This document shows positions 18,417-26,787 of a stretch of DNA of 64,000 nucleotides, one piece after another. The stretch is taken from IMG/VR virus record IMGVR_UViG_3300037487_001316, positions 1-64,000 of that record. One strand, written 5' to 3'. Below the pieces are notes generated by a model, which was not told where the DNA came from, did not search any database, and saw only the letters and a program-made list of their open reading frames with translations. Every line of letters starts with the position of its first letter. Position 1 is the first letter of the stretch. The stretch comes from a virus. The translations under genes and the position numbers were made by a program.

Positions 18417-18449
18417 ATAATTGATCTAAGCTATAATAGCTTAAGATTT

Positions 18450-18534
18450 GCCCCTTTGGCGGAATTGGTAGACGCACTGGATTTAGGTTCCAGCACCGAA
18501 AGGCGTGGGAGTTCGAGTCTCCCAGGGGGCACCA
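18450..18534 (+). tRNA. tRNA-Leu(TAG)
   Basis: Cloverleaf with long V arm, loop TT-TAG-GT, CCA end. Confidence 0.9.
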
Positions 18535-18538
18535 AGTT

Positions 18539-18794
18539 TAGAGTGACCAGTACGGCCTGACCGATACTAAGAACGTTTTGAAATTTTCGACCCTAACTAA
18601 TATCGGTTATCGACCGAGGTAGATATTTCGAAGTGCCCTATTGTGTTTGTTCGAATCCTGTACAAAAGGGCGAATGGTAGGAGAGAGGGAATAATTGGCC
18701 CTCCGGTTGCAGGTAGGTGTTGAGCGTACATCTTAAGATCCTAAGAATCCTGCTGCAATGTCAATTTAGTGAAAAAGCGGTTTAAGTCATTCTA
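18539..18794 (+). ncRNA. unnamed multi-helix structured RNA (about 255 nt)
   Basis: Closing stem TAGAGTGAC/GTCATTCTA and at least four inner helices; no ORF. Confidence 0.55.
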
Positions 18795-18833
18795 ATTTAA
18801 TTTTGTTGTAATAGATGGTGATAAATATAGATT

Positions 18834-18907
18834 CAGAGTGTGGTGAAATGGTATCATGCGACGTTTGGGACGTCGTGGCCAAGGTTCGATTCCTTGTACT
18901 CTGACCA
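18834..18907 (+). tRNA. tRNA-Pro(TGG)
   Basis: CGACG-TT TGG GA-CGTCG; CCA end. Confidence 0.9.
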
Positions 18908-19105
18908 ATCTTGAGGATGGTACACCCAAAAGGTACCTCAATACCTGGCTAGGGGATAATAGCTGATGGTCACTCTCATTGATGTGGCGGTACCGGAAAC
19001 CAGAAATCCGGCGGTCACGCTTTTGACCGGTAGTCTTAGATTTGTCCAATCACGGGTACCCGGGGGTTGGTTGTTGTGAAACATCGGCGTAAATACTTCT
19101 AAGAT
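18908..19105 (+). ncRNA. unnamed GC-rich structured RNA after tRNA-Pro
   Basis: ATCTTGAGG/CTTCTAAGAT closure; CCGGA..TCCGG and CGGTCA-CGCTTT-TGACCG hairpins. Confidence 0.45.
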
Positions 19106-19142
19106 ATGGATTTACCATCCGTAGCACTAATTTATAAACTGT

Positions 19143-19751
19143 ATGCATGATAAAATTATTTCGGATTTAGAGTCGGTATTATCGCAGTATAAAACTATAG
19201 GTCTTCTTGTTTCCGGGGGATTTGATAGTACACTACTCGCGTATCTTGTGCATGAATTACGCGAAAAGAATCAAACTAATAACACATTTGAATTCTTTAC
19301 TGTGCCGAGATATGATGATTCATTAGTTCATGCTAAACGAATTATCGATTATATTGATATTAAATTTAATAAGATGCCTACAGTATGGCATATGGTAGGC
19401 AATCCAGATCTACATTTTACTCAACAGGTTAGTAGCGGCATAGGCGAAGCATTAAGAAATTTTAAGTTTGATATATTGCTAACCGGCGATAATATAGTTC
19501 CTCCTATAGATGAAGTGCCCGGCGGACCTCCACGTAAGAGAGGCGATTATCCTAGACTGTATAAGCCTTTCTTTGACTATACAAAAGATGTTATGTTACA
19601 ATTATGTATAGATCGTGGACTAACCGATATTATGGAAATAACACATACTTGCACAGAATCGAAAACATTAAGGTGCAATGTATGCTGGCAATGTAGAGAA
19701 CGTGATTGGGCATTTAAGAAATGTGGATATATCGATCCAGGCACAATGTAA
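19143..19751 (+). CDS. QueC-like (7-cyano-7-deazaguanine synthase-like) PP-loop ATPase
   Basis: LVSGGFDST; THTCTE...RCNVCWQCRERDWAF. Confidence 0.7.
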   Translation: MHDKIISDLESVLSQYKTIGLLVSGGFDSTLLAYLVHELREKNQTNNTFEFFTVPRYDDSLVHAKRIIDYIDIKFNKMPTVWHMVGNPDLHFTQQVSSGIGEALRNFKFDILLTGDNIVPPIDEVPGGPPRKRGDYPRLYKPFFDYTKDVMLQLCIDRGLTDIMEITHTCTESKTLRCNVCWQCRERDWAFKKCGYIDPGTM

Positions 19752-19757
19752 AAGATA

Positions 19758-19952
19758 TTAGGTAAAGGGCTCGTAGAAAGAGATATGCCGGTGGATATGC
19801 AGCAGCAGGTTGATAAACTGTCAGGGCCGCTTTCCTGTCTTAAGGTATCTCCTCCCGGGTGTCGGGAAAATGCGTCACAATGAGACTTAGGATTGGCAAT
19901 CTGTTGAAGTCCGATAGTAGCTAGATTACCGGTTAGCAAGACACTCACCTAA
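19758..19952 (+). ncRNA. unnamed structured RNA (about 195 nt)
   Basis: TTAGGT/ACCTAA closure; GAGATAT/GTATCTC, TCCCG/CGGGA and GCTAG/TTAGC helices; GC-rich, no credible ORF. Confidence 0.45.
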
Positions 19953-19959
19953 ATTTATT

Positions 19960-20664
19960 ATGAAACAATCGATTGTAAAATACTGTGTTGGTACACCATT
20001 CTATATAGAATGTTTTACTATAGAGAATCAGCCCGGCGAATGGAATTCAACTAAGGTTGCTATCTTTAGAGACGAAATACTCATTGGTGAATATATCCGC
20101 AACTATGCGAATTATGCTACGACAACATTTTCTCCGTTCTCAATCGGTGAAGATTGGTATGCACTTTATAGTGCTGATTATACTGCTACTCGTGTGATGA
20201 AATTACATAAAGATAGCATAGAAGATTGGTGCGGAGAAGAAAGATCATCTGTCGGATTCTGTCCTGTTGAAATATATGTTCCTCGATATAGGATGGTAAA
20301 AGGTTCTTTTGAATCAGACGGTAAGACACACGAGTTTGAAACATACGCCGTAGATTGTGATTATAAAACAGAAGGCGAATTCTTAAAAGATATGCCCGAA
20401 TTTGATTTTGAACATCATACTGATTTTGGATTTCTATGTGGATGCGTGTGGGGAGATGATTCCAACTGGAAATTATTATATATCGACCTATCAAATATTC
20501 AGAATAAAGAACTTAAAATATCTGACAAATTTGGTTATTGGGAATTACCTGTAAATACGAAATTAAAAGAATGTATTAATATGTCTAATTGGGAACCTAA
20601 TCATGCATGGGTAGAACTGACACGTATAGAACATATTAATCTTAAGACAGGCGAACGCTGCTAA
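19960..20664 (+). CDS. hypothetical protein
   Basis: 234-aa ORF; GCVWGDD motif. Confidence 0.65.
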   Translation: MKQSIVKYCVGTPFYIECFTIENQPGEWNSTKVAIFRDEILIGEYIRNYANYATTTFSPFSIGEDWYALYSADYTATRVMKLHKDSIEDWCGEERSSVGFCPVEIYVPRYRMVKGSFESDGKTHEFETYAVDCDYKTEGEFLKDMPEFDFEHHTDFGFLCGCVWGDDSNWKLLYIDLSNIQNKELKISDKFGYWELPVNTKLKECINMSNWEPNHAWVELTRIEHINLKTGERC

Positions 20665-20671
20665 ATACGAT

Positions 20672-21037
20672 ATGAAAATACAATATCAAGATGAATACGG
20701 TGAATCATTACATATAGCTGATGCATATGTAATTCCGTCAGTAGGCCATTCTGTAATATTTGCTGATGAAGATTATAGAGTTAAAAGTGTGACATGGGTA
20801 ATCGAACACGGTTATATTATTGTCGAAATAACACAGAACGCAGTAAAATCTGTACAGAAAGAATCCGACAATTCTGGTAGACTTAACGAGATGCATAATG
20901 CTATACTTGCTGTTAATAAACGACAAGATGCCAGCGAGAAAAAAGGTAGGGCTATTACCGAGAAAGTAAGTTCTATCAGGAAACATATTAATACACGTAT
21001 TAAACAAGAAAAGAAAGATACAAATGACACCAGATAA
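20672..21037 (+). CDS. hypothetical protein
   Basis: ORF in operon. Confidence 0.6.
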   Translation: MKIQYQDEYGESLHIADAYVIPSVGHSVIFADEDYRVKSVTWVIEHGYIIVEITQNAVKSVQKESDNSGRLNEMHNAILAVNKRQDASEKKGRAITEKVSSIRKHINTRIKQEKKDTNDTR

Positions 21038-21233
21038 AAATTTCAGAATCAAGAAATCAATCAAAACTATGGTTGCCCTATTTAAGGGTACAGCCGAATC
21101 CCGCAATGGATTTAGACATGCTATGATTGATGCACAACTTTGCGAAGAAGCGGCTAGACGTGCAGCATTGAAGTCAAAGGATAATAAAGACAACAATCGC
21201 GGTCGTGGTGCGGTAGCACCGGCATCAGAATAA
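21024..21233 (+). CDS. hypothetical protein
   Basis: ORF in operon. Confidence 0.55.
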   Translation: MTPDKNFRIKKSIKTMVALFKGTAESRNGFRHAMIDAQLCEEAARRAALKSKDNKDNNRGRGAVAPASE

Positions 21234-21329
21234 TTAATAAGGTATGCTAGGCAAACTCGAGTAGTCTGGCCCGTATATAATACAAACTAAAATCCTATAT
21301 TCTACCTTATTTGTTATAAATACATTATT

Positions 21330-21372
21330 GCCCCCATAAGCTAGTGGCAAAACTGCTATTATATTGTAATGA
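21330..21372 (+). pseudogene. 5'-half tRNA remnant upstream of HNH gene
   Basis: GCCCCCA-TA-AGCTAGTGGCAAAACT resembles an acceptor 5' strand plus D arm; no T arm or CCA follows. Confidence 0.4.
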
Positions 21373-21405
21373 ACTTATAGTATAAATAAAAGCAGAGGAA
21401 CTATT

Positions 21406-22008
21406 ATGCGAAAACTATCAAGGGTAGAGTCAGGTAAATTAGGTGCAGCTAAAAGCAAAATTATATTGGCCGCAGCTAAACAAACACGAATAGACGAGTA
21501 CAACCTAAATCCAAAACACTGCAAGCATTGTGGTGCGGCACTGAGCTACCAGGATAATGTACTGAAGAAAATATTTTGTAATCACCATTGTTCGGCAACA
21601 TACAACAATCTAAAAAAGGCACAAGAAGTCAAGTGGGAATGTCTATCGTGTGGAAAAGAACATAACTCATTACCGCACAAAGTGGGATCATACTGTGGTA
21701 TATCCTGTTTCAATGAAGCAAGAATGGAAAAAACATTCACTAAATTGTTATCAGGAGAACTCACTGATCGCGGAATGATGCGAAGCGCAATAATTCGCAA
21801 GTACGGTTCGGTCTGTGCTGATTGCGGATTGTCCGAGTGGAGAGGCGAGGAGCTTCCACTTGAACTTCATCATAAAGATGGAGACGCTGGAAATAATGAA
21901 TATAGTAACATTAGTCTGTTATGCCCCAATTGTCATGCAATAACTGATACTTGGAAAGGCAAAAACAGAGGTAATGGCCGAGCAGCAAGAGGGCTGCCGT
22001 TAAATTAA
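21406..22008 (+). CDS. HNH homing endonuclease with N-terminal Zn-binding repeats
   Basis: CADCG...LELHHKDGDAGNN...LLCPNCHA. Confidence 0.85.
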   Translation: MRKLSRVESGKLGAAKSKIILAAAKQTRIDEYNLNPKHCKHCGAALSYQDNVLKKIFCNHHCSATYNNLKKAQEVKWECLSCGKEHNSLPHKVGSYCGISCFNEARMEKTFTKLLSGELTDRGMMRSAIIRKYGSVCADCGLSEWRGEELPLELHHKDGDAGNNEYSNISLLCPNCHAITDTWKGKNRGNGRAARGLPLN

Positions 22009-22082
22009 GCTCGCATAGTAAAAAAGCATTACACGACTTTGGTAAAGTCGAGTCCAAGGGGCGGTACCTTGTGTGAGCACCA
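22009..22082 (+). tRNA. tRNA-Thr(GGT), atypical D and T loops
   Basis: GCTCGCA/TGTGAGC-ACCA; CGACT-TT GGT AA-AGTCG; T loop GGCGGTA. Confidence 0.75.
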
Positions 22083-22088
22083 AGTTAT

Positions 22089-22224
22089 GTGGTAAGTTAG
22101 GTTGACAAGTTTGTGCCTGTATGTGAGTAGGAACTGATCACCTGAGGGGCATACAGCGGCAGTGAGTAATTACTCTGTTGTAAAATGACAAACCAGTTGG
22201 GTTCGAATCCCAATTACTACACCA
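22089..22224 (+). ncRNA. tRNA-like / mini-tmRNA-like RNA with G3.U70 and expanded anticodon domain
   Basis: GTGGTAA/TTACTAC-ACCA acceptor, TTGGG-TTCGAAT-CCCAA T arm, stemless D region, GTTTGT/ACAAAC helix closing about 75 nt. Confidence 0.65.
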
Positions 22225-22269
22225 GATTCGTAGGTATTAAATAGCACCGAAAATATAGATAAGTATGCT

Positions 22270-22689
22270 ATGCCTAAACAACTTTTTTACTGGAAAACTT
22301 TAGCTCTGAATATGCTTTTTGCATTTCAGGGACTATTTATTATTTCAACTGCTGTTGATTTTTTCTTAACAGTTCTTTCCAATTCTGCCAGATCTCAGGT
22401 ATTGACAGAGTTATCACCACTGGCTTCTATGATTATTATACTTCCGTGGATAGCCGGTATATTTATTTTAGCACTGATGCTAATTATATTTATAGCAAAT
22501 ACAAGTAATAAACCCTGGATACCCGGTGTAGATATTGAATATAGTGGCATGTTATTACTCTACCTGGCATTATTTTTTATTGCTATATTTAATCCTCTGG
22601 TTATTTGGCCTGTTGTGGTAAATTATCTGGCACATATTATATGGGTTTGTGCTATTATGTATTTTAGAATTGCTGTAAATACGGCATAA
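22270..22689 (+). CDS. membrane protein
   Basis: About four hydrophobic segments. Confidence 0.6.
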   Translation: MPKQLFYWKTLALNMLFAFQGLFIISTAVDFFLTVLSNSARSQVLTELSPLASMIIILPWIAGIFILALMLIIFIANTSNKPWIPGVDIEYSGMLLLYLALFFIAIFNPLVIWPVVVNYLAHIIWVCAIMYFRIAVNTA

Positions 22690-22695
22690 GTATTC

Positions 22696-22772
22696 GCGGA
22701 TGTGATGAAATTGGTAAACATAGCGGTCTAAGAAGCCGTCAGCTGGGGGTTCGAGTCCCTTCATCCGCACCA
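22696..22772 (+). tRNA. tRNA-Leu(AAG), short variable loop
   Basis: GCGGATG/CATCCGC-ACCA; GCGGT-CT AAG AA-GCCGT. Confidence 0.8.
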
Positions 22773-22861
22773 AAGATAAAACCCTATATGGTAAATATGC
22801 CCTTCTTTGGTAAATATTGATTAGAGAGAAACTCATTCTTTCAATATTCGGGGAAAAAGGA

Positions 22862-23530
22862 ATGCCAAGTCTTAATTACAGTATAGAGGATGTCCGTAAA
22901 TTTCTAAGTGTACTGACTTGGAAGAAAATAATTCAATTAATAGTATTTCTATTTATTATGGGTCTAACATGGGCTACATACGAAAATAGAGGAGCTATAT
23001 ACGGTTTCGCAAGTCAGAAAAGAATCGACCCAACTTCCCCTCATGTAAGGGAGTTATCAAAAGGGCCGCAAAAAGAAATTGGTACGGTCGTAGAGAAATC
23101 AGCAAGTATTGTGGCAATGCAGGTTGTTCTAGCAGATTTTCAAAAGAATGAACGTGTTATTATTTACACATACATTGAGGACGAAGCAGTTGAATTAAAG
23201 AATATCTGGTTAAAATATTCAAGTAATGCTGTAGGAAACATGGCATTATTTACAAATAATGTTGCAGATAATAAGGTTGTTGTTGATCTTATTAATGGTG
23301 AATTTAACTGTAGACCGTATATTGAAACAGTAAATATTAGACTTGCACCGGAATCAGGAAAATACATTAAATATACATGCTCAAATGGTATTCCAGCATC
23401 ATTCGGTAGATTTACCGGTATAATAGTGGTATACTTAAAACATCAATTAACTCCAGAAGAATATGATCAGATTAAATCAATCTCTAGATCATTAGCAACA
23501 AATATATTTGAAAAAGATTTAAATAAATAA
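22862..23530 (+). CDS. possible T4 gp t-like holin (single N-terminal TM plus periplasmic domain)
   Basis: One TM near N-terminus, about 170-aa soluble domain with two Cys; size and topology like T4 holin. Confidence 0.4.
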   Translation: MPSLNYSIEDVRKFLSVLTWKKIIQLIVFLFIMGLTWATYENRGAIYGFASQKRIDPTSPHVRELSKGPQKEIGTVVEKSASIVAMQVVLADFQKNERVIIYTYIEDEAVELKNIWLKYSSNAVGNMALFTNNVADNKVVVDLINGEFNCRPYIETVNIRLAPESGKYIKYTCSNGIPASFGRFTGIIVVYLKHQLTPEEYDQIKSISRSLATNIFEKDLNK

Positions 23531-23534
23531 CGGT

Positions 23535-23783
23535 ATGATTAAAACAAGTTTAGATTGGTCAAAGTATGAGGCTAATCTTTTACGCAAAACGTTGAAACTC
23601 GAACATGGTAGAGAAGTTCGAAGAATGATTCAAAATATTCGTAGTGAGGTAACTGCACTATCAAAAGCAGAAGTTGAATTACGCCGTGGCAACAAACATG
23701 CCACAGAAGAAATATTAATTAGAATTAATCAAGATATAGAGATGGTTGAAGAATACCTATTGGTGGCCGCACTAATAGGTTAA
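23535..23783 (+). CDS. hypothetical protein
   Basis: 82-aa helical ORF. Confidence 0.55.
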   Translation: MIKTSLDWSKYEANLLRKTLKLEHGREVRRMIQNIRSEVTALSKAEVELRRGNKHATEEILIRINQDIEMVEEYLLVAALIG

Positions 23784-23785
23784 GG

Positions 23786-23814
23786 TTGACATTAGTATAG
23801 CGTTCGCATATACT
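23786..23814 (+). promoter_or_regulatory. sigma70-type promoter
   Basis: TTGACA-N17-TATACT upstream of tRNA-Ser. Confidence 0.65.
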
Positions 23815-23822
23815 ATCAAAAC

Positions 23823-23915
23823 GGAAAGTAAAGTAGCCAGGGTGCTGCCGCTCATTGGAAATGAGATGGATTTATCGCAAGATAGGTTTGATTTCGAGTA
23901 TCATGCTTTCCTCCA
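23823..23915 (+). tRNA. tRNA-Ser(GGA) with 8/4 cloverleaf
   Basis: 8-bp acceptor GGAAAGTA/TGCTTTCC, 4-bp T stem TGAT/ATCA, loop TT-GGA-AA, long V arm, TCCA end. Confidence 0.8.
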
Positions 23916-23926
23916 CAGGATTATCA

Positions 23927-24319
23927 ATGCCAGCCAAACAAGTATTAGTGATGAAAAAGTTCCCTAAAGATAGGAACATGCGAATCGGGAAATATGTGGC
24001 CCAAGGTGCTCATGCGAGTTTAGGAGCATTACTATCATTAGGCAGTTTAATAGATAATGACTTTGTAATACCGATGAATAATCCTTTTGTGAGAGAATGG
24101 ATTGTTGGTAGATTTACAAAGATTGCGTTATATGTAGAAACCGATGAAGAATTAGTTGCTATATACAATGCGGCACAAAAGGCAGGTATAGCATCAGCTA
24201 TAATACAAGATGCCGGCCTTACCGAATTTAACGGTATTCCTACGCTTACAGCAGTTGGGATCGGTCCGGATGATGAAGAAGCCATTAACAAGATTACAGG
24301 TCATTTAAAACTATTTTGA
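23927..24319 (+). CDS. pth2: peptidyl-tRNA hydrolase Pth2
   Basis: KQVLVM..MRIGKYVAQGAHAS..KIAL..IQDAGLTEF..TAVGIGP. Confidence 0.9.
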   Translation: MPAKQVLVMKKFPKDRNMRIGKYVAQGAHASLGALLSLGSLIDNDFVIPMNNPFVREWIVGRFTKIALYVETDEELVAIYNAAQKAGIASAIIQDAGLTEFNGIPTLTAVGIGPDDEEAINKITGHLKLF

Positions 24320-24384
24320 TTTCGGTTGTTTTTAAATAAAGATAACAGTATAGTAGAGCTTGTCTAACACAGAAAGGACACATA

Positions 24385-25143
24385 ATGGATATTGAAGCAC
24401 AAAGAGCTAAAGTGAAGAAGTGGGCATCAGCAGTAGGACTAGGGGCCGCATTATTGATTACGGGCACATTCTACCTGTTTATTATGCAGGCAATAGCAGC
24501 AATGTTGGCACTAGCATTGGCAGCAGGAGTTGGACTTACATTAGTATGGTCTGTACCTATTATTGCAATGAAGTTTGCGAATTGGAAAGTTAAGTCAATT
24601 ATGGCTGAAGCCACTGCGAATCCAATCGAAACCATGATTAACTTACTAGCAGCAAAGAAAGCAGCATTTCAAACATTTAAGTTAAATGTAGAAAATTCTG
24701 CCGCAGCGAGAGATACATTCAAACAGAAGTGTGAGAAGTTTGCTGCTAAGTATCCTGCTAGAGCAGCAGAATTTCAAGCTCAACTAGAACGTATGATTGA
24801 TCTAGTGCAACGTAAGAAAGTAGCATTACGTGATGCACAAAAATCTTTAGAGGATGGCGAAAATAAACTTGAAGAAATGCAGGCTTATTGGGAAATGTCT
24901 AAAGACGCAATTGAACTTAATAAAGCAGCCGGCATGGATACAGGTGACGCATTTGAAAAGCTAAAGGCAGATACTGCCTGCGATGCGGTATTCGAATCTA
25001 TGAACCGTGCATTCGCCCAGCTTGAAGTTGCGGATGCGCTAGAAGTGGATGACAAGCCGGCGTCAACTGTTGTACAATTGGCTCGTAGCGAACCTAATGT
25101 GCTTGATGTGCAAGTTCGTGAAACACAGAAAGTGAGTCGTTAA
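24385..25143 (+). CDS. membrane-anchored coiled-coil protein (PspA/IM30-like)
   Basis: Two N-terminal TM segments, long coiled coil. Confidence 0.5.
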   Translation: MDIEAQRAKVKKWASAVGLGAALLITGTFYLFIMQAIAAMLALALAAGVGLTLVWSVPIIAMKFANWKVKSIMAEATANPIETMINLLAAKKAAFQTFKLNVENSAAARDTFKQKCEKFAAKYPARAAEFQAQLERMIDLVQRKKVALRDAQKSLEDGENKLEEMQAYWEMSKDAIELNKAAGMDTGDAFEKLKADTACDAVFESMNRAFAQLEVADALEVDDKPASTVVQLARSEPNVLDVQVRETQKVSR

Positions 25144-25307
25144 TGAAAACTAGAATCTTTGGATCACTCCTGGTCCTAGCAATCTTAGTAGCACTGTTTG
25201 TTTTAACGGGTGGAGATCATCAAAACCCCTCAAGTTCTACAGTGCAGAGTCAGCCAGCCCCGCCAAGTTCGGCTGACAATGATCTTAAGAACCTGAAAAT
25301 TAACTAA
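25143..25307 (+). CDS. small membrane/secreted protein (54 aa)
   Basis: MKTRIFGSLLVLAILVALFVLTGG...; TAATG overlap with previous gene. Confidence 0.55.
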   Translation: MKTRIFGSLLVLAILVALFVLTGGDHQNPSSSTVQSQPAPPSSADNDLKNLKIN

Positions 25308-25330
25308 CCTTTAACACAGAAAGATATAAA

Positions 25331-26275
25331 ATGAAAACATTTTCGAAGATTGCCTTAATTGGCGCAATGCTTGCAGTATCTGTAGGTGCAATGGCACAGA
25401 CGCAGCTCAAGGTAGCAACTGGTGGAGCCACTGGCACATATCACCGTATGTTTACGGAGTTCCAACAAGCCTGCAAAGATCAAATTATGCAAATTGAGGT
25501 CCCATCTAAGGGATCTGTTGATAATATGGACAAGTTGCTCGGTAATGAAGTAAATGCTGCAATCGTTCAAACCGATGTGCTATTCTTCCGTGCTCGTAAT
25601 GAAGATTTGGGCGGAGTTAAAACTTTGTTTGCTTTATATCCAGAAGAAGTGCATGTGATTACAGCAACCGTTAGTCCAATCCTTGAAGGTGGTACAATCG
25701 GCTTTGGTAAGAAACCTGCTGTTTTTAACACAGTAAATGATCTCCAGGGTCGTGCTGTTGCAGCATGGGGAGGTAGTATTGTCACTGCTCAAGTGATTCG
25801 CTTGCAAAGTGAAATTAGCTTCAATGTAACCGAAGTGGCAGACTTCAAAGCGGCAAAGGCAGCATTGGATGCAGGCCAGGTTGCAGCAATTGTTATGGTT
25901 GGTGGCCAGCCAATGGATGATGTTAAGGCAATGAATAACGCATATAAATTGCTCTCCTTCCCAGAAGCTACAATGGGTAAATTGAAGAGCGTATATGTTC
26001 CTGCAAAGCTGAACTATTCAGGTATGGGTCAAGGTGGATCTGGTGTGCAATCAATTGCAACTGAGTCCTTGTTTGTAACTCGTGCGTATAAGACTGAAAA
26101 GTATGTTCAATCGCTGGGCGCACTCCGCGGCTGCTTTAAGGCCAATGTTGCTGAATTGCAAGAAACCACAGGTATGCATAAAAAGTGGAATGCAGTGAAT
26201 CCTGATAATACAGGCAAGTGGTCATATTACGATTTGCCGGTAACTAAGGTTGCGGTCCCGGCTAAAAAGAAGTAA
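25331..26275 (+). CDS. TAXI-family TRAP solute receptor
   Basis: VATGGATGTY; SKGSVDN; AIVQTDV; LYPEEVHVI. Confidence 0.85.
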   Translation: MKTFSKIALIGAMLAVSVGAMAQTQLKVATGGATGTYHRMFTEFQQACKDQIMQIEVPSKGSVDNMDKLLGNEVNAAIVQTDVLFFRARNEDLGGVKTLFALYPEEVHVITATVSPILEGGTIGFGKKPAVFNTVNDLQGRAVAAWGGSIVTAQVIRLQSEISFNVTEVADFKAAKAALDAGQVAAIVMVGGQPMDDVKAMNNAYKLLSFPEATMGKLKSVYVPAKLNYSGMGQGGSGVQSIATESLFVTRAYKTEKYVQSLGALRGCFKANVAELQETTGMHKKWNAVNPDNTGKWSYYDLPVTKVAVPAKKK

Positions 26276-26290
26276 GATTCTTTAACCTAA

Positions 26291-26317
26291 CAAAACCGCT
26301 TGCGATAAGCGGTTTTG
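26291..26317 (+). terminator. intrinsic terminator
   Basis: CAAAACCGCTT-GCGAT-AAGCGGTTTTG. Confidence 0.65.
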
Positions 26318-26334
26318 TCATTTATACTACACAA

Positions 26335-26787
26335 ATGGGCAGATTAGTTACACTTAATACTTTAGGCTTGGATGCTACCTGGTTTTTTGATGATGCGTAT
26401 TGGGTAAGTTCTGGCCCCGGAAGTTATAAATTTGATTGGCCTAGTAAGAATTTTCCGCATCAATTTTGTATGCATAAAGACAATTTCCAACACATCAAAC
26501 GTAAATCAGAGATTCGTAAATGGATAGAAAATACAATATCCGATACCGTTATATTTGATAGTGTCGATATGGATTATAAGAAATTTTACGGTAAGAGTTA
26601 TGAATGGGAAAAGAAGTATGATATACGTAATACGTGGTATCGTTTTAGTTTCGAAAACGAGCATAGTGCGTCAATGTTTAGACTTGCGTTCTCAGACTGG
26701 ATTCAGCCAATGTCAAAATGGCATCCAGACCGCCCACAAGATGAAGAGTATTTAAATAGACCATTAGAAGAGAGGTACATAAAATGA
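26335..26787 (+). CDS. hypothetical protein
   Basis: ORF; ATGA overlap with RNA ligase. Confidence 0.6.
   Translation: MGRLVTLNTLGLDATWFFDDAYWVSSGPGSYKFDWPSKNFPHQFCMHKDNFQHIKRKSEIRKWIENTISDTVIFDSVDMDYKKFYGKSYEWEKKYDIRNTWYRFSFENEHSASMFRLAFSDWIQPMSKWHPDRPQDEEYLNRPLEERYIK

Noticed and set aside
18539-18794. RNase P RNA
   Set aside because: The universally conserved GAGGAAAGUCC segment is not found
1084-19751. Complete 7-deazaguanine DNA modification pathway
   Set aside because: Only QueC-like genes are seen; no FolE, QueD, QueE or DpdA recognisable in this window
18792-19948. Minus-strand ORFs 18792..19049 and 19577..19948
   Set aside because: Antisense to tRNA-Pro, structured RNA or the QueC-like gene; no RBS or motifs
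23855-23926. N-terminal extension of Pth2 in the ORF track
   Set aside because: Lies within tRNA-Ser(GGA); homology starts at ATG 23927
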